From Pyrobaculum aerophilum str. IM2 (GTDB lineage Archaea; Thermoproteota; Thermoprotei; Thermoproteales; Thermoproteaceae), in NCBI RefSeq assembly GCF_000007225.1, contig NC_003364.1, forward strand, positions 1,410,001 to 1,442,000: a stretch of DNA of 32,000 bases, read 5' to 3'. The notes below the pieces were generated by a model that saw only the letters and a list, made by a program, of their open reading frames with translations, was not told the origin of the DNA and searched no databases. Below are positions 24,151-31,096 of the stretch, one piece after another; the first letter of the stretch is position 1; every line of letters begins with the position of its first letter. The position numbers and the translations under genes were made by a program.

Positions 24151-24162
24151 AGGTTTTTCCCC
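24150..24162 (+). promoter_or_regulatory. Cluster motif copy 6 (AAGGTTTTTCCCC), 32 nt before ATG 24182
   Basis: Read directly. The first A is the last base of the upstream TGA stop. Confidence 0.65.
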
Positions 24163-24181
24163 TTGCCTCTAGGCGAGAGCC

Positions 24182-27100
24182 ATGAGGCTGATATTGTTTG
24201 CCCTGATACTAACAATGTTAGTAACTGCCGGCGTTAAGCTGGAATCCGTCCAGATAGAAAAACTTGGCAACTACACCTATTCAAACGTAGTTGAAGCCGC
24301 CGTGTCCTTCTCCATGGGCACCGCGGCGCCGCTGGGAGTTGGGAAAGGCGTCGGGGGCGCGAGCTGGAAGCCCTCAGACGCTCCCACGACGGAGGTCTGG
24401 GGCGTTAGGGGGGTTAACACAACTGTGGCCGCTTGGTGGAGTTATGCACAAGGCGCAAAGTGGGAGGGGGACTTGCGCTTTTCAGTCACTCTAGAATACT
24501 ACGATTCCAACGGTGTATGGAGCATCACTAAGTACTTCGTAAACAAGACCTACTGTGAGTACGACGACGCCACAGGGGCCAAGCTATACTGCTGGAATAA
24601 TTATTACGTCTACCACGTGGTGGAGGGGGAGCCCAGCCGCGTCTCCACGACGGTGACTTTCACAGTGCCTAGCGATAGGGCCAGGTACTCGGCGAGCCAG
24701 AGCCTTAAGGTGAATAAGCCGCCCCAGCCCTTTACCCGTTGGGTTTACATAAAGGGTGTTATCGCGCGAGAGAGCGGCTACTGCTCTTCCATAGACAGCT
24801 GGGGAGACTGCCAGCAGTATACGCCAAAGGAAGACAAAGTGGTGAGAGGCTCCTCACCCGGCGTCTGGCGGGCTTTGGAAATAGACGGCTATAAGCCGGG
24901 AGATGTGGTGAGAATTGGCGGCGCCAACGCCACTATTCCAGACCCTTGGCTCTACACAGACTGGCCGTTGTTAGACCTGGCCCCCAGTCTGGGCGTTAGC
25001 ACTGACATAGATGGGGTATTGCGCCCGTTGAGAGGAGGGCTTGATATTCCCTTCGACCGGCGCGTTTACATCACTGGCGACGTTTCGCCTACAGACTGGG
25101 GCACCGTGGAAATTAGGCCTCCCCGGGACGCTCCTCTGTACATCTCCAGAGTGGTGTTTATAGGCGACGTGTCTAAATGCCGGTTCCCAGACTGTATAAT
25201 AATACACACAGTGGGCAATTCCACTTGGGTTGGGGATAGGTGGGTTTGGAGAGACACCATGGCCTCCCTCGCGTTTAAAACTCCTTTTACGCTGAGGCCT
25301 TATTTAATAACGCGAGTGGGCGGCGCCGCCAATCCCTACCAAGTCATAGGGGATCCCCTTGTCACTTTAATCAGCAGAGAAGCGTATGTATACGTCCCCT
25401 ACGGCAGCGTTGGGCAACTGTGGGTTGAGGTGAAGTGGATGCTAGACTTGGCGGGGAGGAGGGTCTGGGTAGGCGATAGGGGGACTGCCCTTAGGGCTGT
25501 GGACGACAGAGGCCGGCTGTTAGACTACGAAACGGCGGGGGCCAGGGGGAAGCTGGCGTATTACAAGCCGGGGTATAACGCCCCTATCGCGGGGTTTTCC
25601 TTTGGCATAGACGCGGGCTTTGGGCGGTTAACAACCGCCTTCTACTCCCCGCCGGATCCGTGCCGCCAGTGGCCTACACAGATTTTCCACTGCGTTTACT
25701 CACAACACGTCTTCACGAAGGTAAACGGCACGTGGGTCGGCTACGCCAGGGTGGGCCCCCGGGGAGGGCCGCAGTGGCCTATAACTAGGCTGAGGCTGGT
25801 GGACTGGCTAATTGGCTCTGATCCCTACGTGTCAGTAAGGGGGTATTTCTTAGACTTCATGAGCGCCGTTGTGGGAGACCCCCACCTTCTCTACCACCAC
25901 TACTACAGGTTGGAGTGCTGGGCCTTCAACCCGCAGACGGGGGATTTCGACATACCTGACATGTGCCCCGTGCCGGGGCCTCACCAAGTCTCGTTGCTGG
26001 GCCGGGTGTACGGAATTTCGCAATACCTCAACACAACAAGGGGCTGGAGCCGGCTTTACCACCAGACGGCCATGCCGAGAGGCCTCACTTTTTATAATTA
26101 CGCCTTTGGGAAATACGGCGGCGGTACGGAGCTACCGGCCGGCTGGACAGACGCCCTTCCCCTCGGAGTGTCTAGTATGATTCCCAACGGGCCGTCGCCA
26201 TGGTTTGTCTTCCTGGCCCCGGCCACTGCCTGCGACGGCACTATATGTACGTCTACAGACGTGAGAGTGTGGGGGCCTGTGCCCGGTCCTCTTGCCGATT
26301 TAGCCCTCCCCGGCGCTGGATACGCCTTTGTCCTCATATACATGGGAAATGTCACTAAGGCCTCAGTGAGGGTGTACGTGGAGAAGGGGCTATTGGTAAA
26401 CGCCTCTATGGGCGTTAGGGAGGCCAATTGGGATCTCCTCGTGGAAATACCAGAGAGGGAGTGGAGGCCCCTCGACGTAGTATACCTGGGGTACGGGTGG
26501 TACAGGCTGGCCGGCGCCCTCGGCCCCTGTCAGTCGTTGCGCGTCGGCCGCGTTGGCTACTACGCCGCGCCGGTAGATTGGGTCGGGCCTGTCCAGCTCA
26601 AAATAACAGACGGAAAGGGCTCCCACCACTTCGCCTTCCTCGTGGCTCCGCCTGAGCTCACGGCGTTGAAAATTGGGGGTAGGACAGAGGCGCCTGCTAG
26701 GGCAAACGGGTGGCAACTTAATTTATCCGCCTATCTCTATGTCAACGGCGTGCCTTACTTCCACGGCTTCACGCCGTTCGGCGAGGGGGGAAGGCAGTAT
26801 GAGAGGAAGTGCGTAGCGGCCAGCCTCCCGGCTCCCCGCACCTCTCTCCTTGGAGAGGCGGACGCCGCCTCTCAGCTGGCCGCAAGCGGAGACTTCTGGG
26901 GCCTTGTGGAGATGTACGCCAGAGCGAGGCTGGAGGGCGCCGTTGTTGAGCCCAAGTTCGAGCTAGTGGACCCCGATGGGGGTCTGGTGAATATCACGGC
27001 GGAAGGCCCCGTCAAGGGCTTTGCCTTTTACTTACAGCGCGGCGGCGTATGGGTGAAGGTGACTGAGGTGAACGGCACGTGGGCTTTGGTGGACGTCTCC

Positions 27101-27280
27101 AGAGTATTCCCCTGGGATCCCGTAGCGGTAGTCCCCATTGTGGAGTTCGAGGCCTATGTCCGAAACGGGGGCGTTGTCACAGTGTGGCGGCCGAGGCCTT
27201 CGCTGTTATTCAAGGCCTGGGCCGACGGCCTGGGCTATCCCGACGGCCAGAGCGAGTTGCGCATAGTGGCCTATGGATAG
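24182..27280 (+). CDS. Giant (1032 aa) exported protein, N-terminal hydrophobic helix, Trp/Tyr/Gly/Val-rich, many N-x-S/T sequons
   Basis: MRLILFALILTMLVTAGVKLES. It is one uninterrupted ORF with no further obvious TM segment. No family recognised. Confidence 0.65.
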   Translation: MRLILFALILTMLVTAGVKLESVQIEKLGNYTYSNVVEAAVSFSMGTAAPLGVGKGVGGASWKPSDAPTTEVWGVRGVNTTVAAWWSYAQGAKWEGDLRFSVTLEYYDSNGVWSITKYFVNKTYCEYDDATGAKLYCWNNYYVYHVVEGEPSRVSTTVTFTVPSDRARYSASQSLKVNKPPQPFTRWVYIKGVIARESGYCSSIDSWGDCQQYTPKEDKVVRGSSPGVWRALEIDGYKPGDVVRIGGANATIPDPWLYTDWPLLDLAPSLGVSTDIDGVLRPLRGGLDIPFDRRVYITGDVSPTDWGTVEIRPPRDAPLYISRVVFIGDVSKCRFPDCIIIHTVGNSTWVGDRWVWRDTMASLAFKTPFTLRPYLITRVGGAANPYQVIGDPLVTLISREAYVYVPYGSVGQLWVEVKWMLDLAGRRVWVGDRGTALRAVDDRGRLLDYETAGARGKLAYYKPGYNAPIAGFSFGIDAGFGRLTTAFYSPPDPCRQWPTQIFHCVYSQHVFTKVNGTWVGYARVGPRGGPQWPITRLRLVDWLIGSDPYVSVRGYFLDFMSAVVGDPHLLYHHYYRLECWAFNPQTGDFDIPDMCPVPGPHQVSLLGRVYGISQYLNTTRGWSRLYHQTAMPRGLTFYNYAFGKYGGGTELPAGWTDALPLGVSSMIPNGPSPWFVFLAPATACDGTICTSTDVRVWGPVPGPLADLALPGAGYAFVLIYMGNVTKASVRVYVEKGLLVNASMGVREANWDLLVEIPEREWRPLDVVYLGYGWYRLAGALGPCQSLRVGRVGYYAAPVDWVGPVQLKITDGKGSHHFAFLVAPPELTALKIGGRTEAPARANGWQLNLSAYLYVNGVPYFHGFTPFGEGGRQYERKCVAASLPAPRTSLLGEADAASQLAASGDFWGLVEMYARARLEGAVVEPKFELVDPDGGLVNITAEGPVKGFAFYLQRGGVWVKVTEVNGTWALVDVSRVFPWDPVAVVPIVEFEAYVRNGGVVTVWRPRPSLLFKAWADGLGYPDGQSELRIVAYG

Positions 27281-27785
27281 TCTCAAGGCCGTTTTGACGA
27301 CAGCGGCCGCCGTGGCGTTGACTCTAGTGGTGGCAGTGGCTGTGACCAACGCGTTGCAAAGCGCAAATCCAGTTGTTAAATCAATAGCATTAGCCGTAGC
27401 TGGGGAGTCCAAGGCAAAGGCGGAGACGCCACTGTCCGTAGTAAAATACGGAGTGTACTACGTCTACGAGGGCGGCGGATGGGCTTTGTCCGCCGCTCCC
27501 TCAGCCGTTTCTACGCCGCAGCTCTACGCCGTGGGCTTCGGCAACTGCCCTGCCGACATTTCGGGGCTATACGGAAGGGCATATGCGCCGGGGAGCAATG
27601 TAGTACACGTAACGGGCTGTTCCATCGTAGTGCCCTCCATCGCCAAGGAGGACGGGGCTGTGGCAATTACCCACTACCTCCCCATGTGCGTTTCAGGAAC
27701 TGATTTTAGAACCGAAACTGTTGGACAGTACTTCACTTACAAGGGAGTGCGGTTTAGAGTGAGGCTGGTGATAATCCGCTGTTAA
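27273..27785 (+). CDS. Second prepilin-like candidate
   Basis: MDSLKA|VLTTAAAVALTLVVAVAVTNAL has Lys-Ala at -2/-1 and an LTT-containing hydrophobic helix, reminiscent of the 20131 protein. It overlaps the giant gene by 8 nt. Confidence 0.5.
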   Translation: MDSLKAVLTTAAAVALTLVVAVAVTNALQSANPVVKSIALAVAGESKAKAETPLSVVKYGVYYVYEGGGWALSAAPSAVSTPQLYAVGFGNCPADISGLYGRAYAPGSNVVHVTGCSIVVPSIAKEDGAVAITHYLPMCVSGTDFRTETVGQYFTYKGVRFRVRLVIIRC

Positions 27786-27791
27786 AAACCC

Positions 27792-27830
27792 GCTTTTTTC
27801 CTCTCTTTCCATTCTTCTTCTCTAATCCCC
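27792..27830 (+). promoter_or_regulatory. Degenerate motif-like element (GCTTTTTTCCTCTCTTTCC...) with no ATG at the canonical distance; possible oligo-T terminator or decayed promoter
   Basis: A T6 run at 27795-27800 is followed by a C/T-rich tract resembling the spacer of copy 4. No start codon lies 25-35 nt downstream. Confidence 0.3.
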
Positions 27831-27950
27831 CTATTCTCTTCACTTCTACGTCACCTTAAACCCCGTATTTCCAGGCGTGTCCCAATAAGACGTCGTGCTT
27901 CTGGGCACGTTTAGACAGAACATAGCCTTCAGCGCCGTTTCAAATGCCGT

Positions 27951-27963
27951 AAGGTTTTTCCCC
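27951..27963 (+). promoter_or_regulatory. Cluster motif copy 7 (AAGGTTTTTCCCC), 31 nt before ATG 27982
   Basis: Read directly. Confidence 0.65.
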
Positions 27964-27981
27964 AGCCACTGCCACACGGCC

Positions 27982-28248
27982 ATGAGACTGGAGCTGGCCT
28001 TGATACCGGTTATATTCGGAATGGCAGTAGCCGTCTTAATAGCGGTGAAGCCGCTGGAGGTCAACAAGCCGGACTTGTCCGCGTTGTTCCTCTACTGGCC
28101 TGAGGCTTATAAATACGCGGAGAGGGGCGACGCGATGTTTATACGCGGCGTTGTGCCGTTCGTGACGTGCGCCTCTAGCGGTATCGTCGAGGCGCCTCCC
28201 GGCCTGGCCTACAAGGCGCTCGGCCTCACCTGCCGGTTTAGGCCATGA
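27982..28248 (+). CDS. Small protein with N-terminal hydrophobic helix
   Basis: The internal ATG of track ORF 27895-28248 gives MRLELALIPVIFGMAVAVLIAVKP. I chose this start because of the motif spacing. Confidence 0.5.
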   Translation: MRLELALIPVIFGMAVAVLIAVKPLEVNKPDLSALFLYWPEAYKYAERGDAMFIRGVVPFVTCASSGIVEAPPGLAYKALGLTCRFRP

Positions 28249-28538
28249 TTGAGGAGTACATAGAGCTAGCCGCCGTCACGGCGCTGGCGGTAATTGCCAT
28301 TACAGCCTTCGCCTACATATTCGCCTACATCACAACGCCAGCAGCCTGCCAAGCCGTTAGGCTCGCGGCGGAAAACCCAGGCAGCGAGCTGGTGGCGTAC
28401 GGAAGGCTGAGAGTAATTACAAACGACACGCATGTATCTCTATGCGGCATTACTATTGAAAAGGACAAAATCTTAATATATAGAACTGAAGGATATCTAT
28501 TCATTGTAAGCGATAATTATAAAATATATATTAAATAA
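28245..28538 (+). CDS. Small protein with N-terminal hydrophobic helix; 3' third is strikingly A/T-rich
   Basis: MIEEYIELAAVTALAVIAITAFAYIFAYITT. It overlaps the previous gene by 4 nt. Composition changes from about 28440 onward. Confidence 0.45.
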   Translation: MIEEYIELAAVTALAVIAITAFAYIFAYITTPAACQAVRLAAENPGSELVAYGRLRVITNDTHVSLCGITIEKDKILIYRTEGYLFIVSDNYKIYIK

Positions 28539-28592
28539 ATATTAAAATTTTTTATGAATTAAGGCCAGTTTCCTCGCGATGCCGTTGCAAAT

Positions 28593-29729
28593 TTATAGGA
28601 AGTCAGTAATGGGCTTTGCCTCGTCCTTTAGTAAATATAGGGGGTTGGCCCCCACTTTATCAACATATTTCTTGAATTCCTCGTCTAAGGGTTTAAAAGA
28701 GACTCTCCTAAGCGTTTCCCTTATTTGCCAGTTTCCCACTGATATGTAATAACCCTCGCCAATGCTCCTCACAATGGCGACAGAGCCCCGCCTCCTCAAT
28801 GCATAGAGTTTTTCCAAAACTGCCACTCTAGCCGCCTCGTATCCCCCGTCCATAGTGCTACGCTCTCCTCTAACGTCTTCCTTAACTAAAACTTCTACCA
28901 GCTTGCCTCTCCAATGCCAGCGTTCTAAATAGACAAATCTTAGAGGGCCGGGCTTTATCAGGACTAAATATTTATTATCTAGATACTCCCCGTAGGCATA
29001 AACAGCTGAATTAATTTCGGGGAAGTATCTAACCTTAGAGGCTAGCCAATCGCCTACAGCCGTATCCACTGCAGTTATACTCCACCGGGATGGCACTAGT
29101 CGGCGTCTGTGCTTAACGCCAATGAGCCCAAGGGCAAAAGCCCTTTGAATAGTGTATATATCAACTCCCCTGGCATAGAGCTCCACAGCCGCTTCGCTGG
29201 CAGTTAAATTATCGCTGATTAATTTCTCAAGGGGTTTAGGCACAGAGGGATTATCAACTACTCTTGCCTTTTCTAATGGCGCGGTGGGGCCCAGCGGCTT
29301 CTCCCTTAAATCAAATACTAACCGCGGGGCTGGGGGCTTTGACAGTTTAATCTCTAAGTCAACGGGCCTTGTTGAAACGGCCGCTAGAGGCAACTCCCCC
29401 AGTTCCCAAGGCGTCTTTGCTGTTTTCACGCCAAAGGTTAAATAACTGCGTAGTTTTGCTATTTCCTCAAGCGGCAGGCCCCATAAAGCGCTGGGATCGT
29501 CGTATTTCTTGGCATCGTCGCCAAAGACATCAGGCGGTTCCCCCACGTAGATTCTGACCTTTGGCCACCCGTGCTCTCCCACAACAGCAGTAGGAGGCGT
29601 TGACCCAAATATCTCAAGCCTTGACGCCTTGCTCAACGCCAGCTTGAATACTGAAATTCTATCAGCTATGGGGCATCTCGGAAGGCCGCATAACAACTTG
29701 CGCACCTGGCACTTAAGACAAATGCTCAT
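28593..29729 (-). CDS. Nre-family (archaeal DNA repair-associated) protein, tentative
   Basis: The N-terminal Cys cluster MSICLKCQVRKLLCGLPRCP and the length of about 380 aa match my recollection of the archaeal Nre N-terminal/C-terminal domain family. This is not verifiable here. Confidence 0.45.
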   Translation of the reverse strand: MSICLKCQVRKLLCGLPRCPIADRISVFKLALSKASRLEIFGSTPPTAVVGEHGWPKVRIYVGEPPDVFGDDAKKYDDPSALWGLPLEEIAKLRSYLTFGVKTAKTPWELGELPLAAVSTRPVDLEIKLSKPPAPRLVFDLREKPLGPTAPLEKARVVDNPSVPKPLEKLISDNLTASEAAVELYARGVDIYTIQRAFALGLIGVKHRRRLVPSRWSITAVDTAVGDWLASKVRYFPEINSAVYAYGEYLDNKYLVLIKPGPLRFVYLERWHWRGKLVEVLVKEDVRGERSTMDGGYEAARVAVLEKLYALRRRGSVAIVRSIGEGYYISVGNWQIRETLRRVSFKPLDEEFKKYVDKVGANPLYLLKDEAKPITDFL

Positions 29730-29756
29730 ATATTTAGAGGGGCTTATAAAAAAGAA

Positions 29757-30908
29757 TTAGCTGTTTAAAGCCCTGTCTAAATCCTCTATTAAATCCTCAG
29801 CCTCCTCCAGCCCTATAGACAGCCTCACTAAATCCTCAGTTATTCCCAAGATCTTTCTCTCGTCTTCAGGAATTGGCGACGCTGCACTCGCCACTGGGTA
29901 CGTCGCATTGCTCTCCACTCCGCCAAGACTTGGACCCGGAGTTATAAGTCTCAACGACTTGAAAAACCTCACGACAGCATCCCTACCTCCCTTAATTCTA
30001 AAGGAGACAACCGCGCCGAATTTGTCGCCAAATAGCCTCTTAGCAGTGGCGTGGTGGGGGTGGCTAGATAGGCCGGGGTATATAACCTCAGCCACTTTGC
30101 CGTGTCCCTCTAGGAACTGGGCCACGGCCATTGCCGTCTTACACTGTTTTTCAAAACGTACAAATAACGTCTTCAGTCCTCTAAGCGTTAAAAACGCCTC
30201 AAAAGGTTGCATTATGCTGCCTAGCATCGCCCGCCAAATCCAAAGCTCCTCTAATAAATCGCCTCTGGCCACAACAGCTATTCCCCCTACTACGTCGTTA
30301 TGTCCCGCCAGATATTTAGTGGCCGAGTGCACTACTACATCAGCTCCGTAGGAAATAGGCGTTGTCAGTACGGGAGTGGCAAAGGTGTTGTCCACCACTA
30401 CCACAGCTCCTAAATCCTTAGCCGCCTTAATAATCTCAGGTCCGTCTAAAACTCTCAACATGGGATTTGTAATAGTTTCAAAAAACGCCAAATTAGGCTT
30501 AACCGCCTTTAAGGCCTCTATATACGTTTCAGTGTCAGGATATGCCTTTCGCATTCTGACGCCGTATTTCTCCAAGGCGTTTAGAAGTCTGAGAGTAGCC
30601 CCGTACGCCTCCATTGGCGTCAACACGGAGGCGTCGGCGGAGAGAAGTGAGAAAAACACCGTGGAGAGAGCGGCCATGCCGCTATTAAAAGCAAGAGAGT
30701 CTACGCCGCCCTCTAAATTGGCCACTACCTCTTCCAGGGGGCGCAGAGTGGGGTTTTCCTCCCGGCTGTATTTAAGGTCAAACCCCCTGTCTGACTTCAA
30801 AGCCTCTCCCTCCATCCTGAAAAGAGCAGTTAGGTAAATAGGAGGTTGTAAAGCGCCGTAGGGGTCGCTGTGTTTATACCCCCTCACGGCGACTGTACCT
30901 TTGCGCAT
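29757..30908 (-). CDS. Cys/Met-metabolism PLP-dependent enzyme (cystathionine gamma-synthase/lyase or O-acylhomoserine sulfhydrylase family)
   Basis: VVHSATKYLAGHNDVVGG is the PLP-Lys motif S-x-T-K-[YF]-x-x-G-H. DNTFATP is present, and the C-terminus LVRLSIGLEEAEDLIEDL is typical of the family. Confidence 0.85.
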   Translation of the reverse strand: MRKGTVAVRGYKHSDPYGALQPPIYLTALFRMEGEALKSDRGFDLKYSREENPTLRPLEEVVANLEGGVDSLAFNSGMAALSTVFFSLLSADASVLTPMEAYGATLRLLNALEKYGVRMRKAYPDTETYIEALKAVKPNLAFFETITNPMLRVLDGPEIIKAAKDLGAVVVVDNTFATPVLTTPISYGADVVVHSATKYLAGHNDVVGGIAVVARGDLLEELWIWRAMLGSIMQPFEAFLTLRGLKTLFVRFEKQCKTAMAVAQFLEGHGKVAEVIYPGLSSHPHHATAKRLFGDKFGAVVSFRIKGGRDAVVRFFKSLRLITPGPSLGGVESNATYPVASAASPIPEDERKILGITEDLVRLSIGLEEAEDLIEDLDRALNS

Positions 30909-31096
30909 TTGAATTTACAAGAACTATCTATAAAAATCTTCTCCCATCTATAAAGACTACGACGGATAATATATATTAATGTAATTTTTTAGTATTTGAA
31001 ACAAATATAGTACTAATGCGAAAAACATCAAAAAGCTAAAACTATTTAGGGTAAAACGCAAGAGATGACTTTATAAACAGGTACACTAAGGAAAGC

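Noticed and set aside
14332-28538. Interpreting the block as an integrated virus (one-strand gene layout reminiscent of some Pyrobaculum/Thermoproteus viruses) or a conjugative plasmid
   Set aside because: I recognise no capsid, replication or integrase genes and no terminal inverted repeats. I also see no VirB4/TraG-type conjugation ATPase. The identifiable core (PilB/VirB11-class ATPase, platform-like protein, prepilin) fits a type IV filament system better. A mobile origin cannot be excluded without searches.
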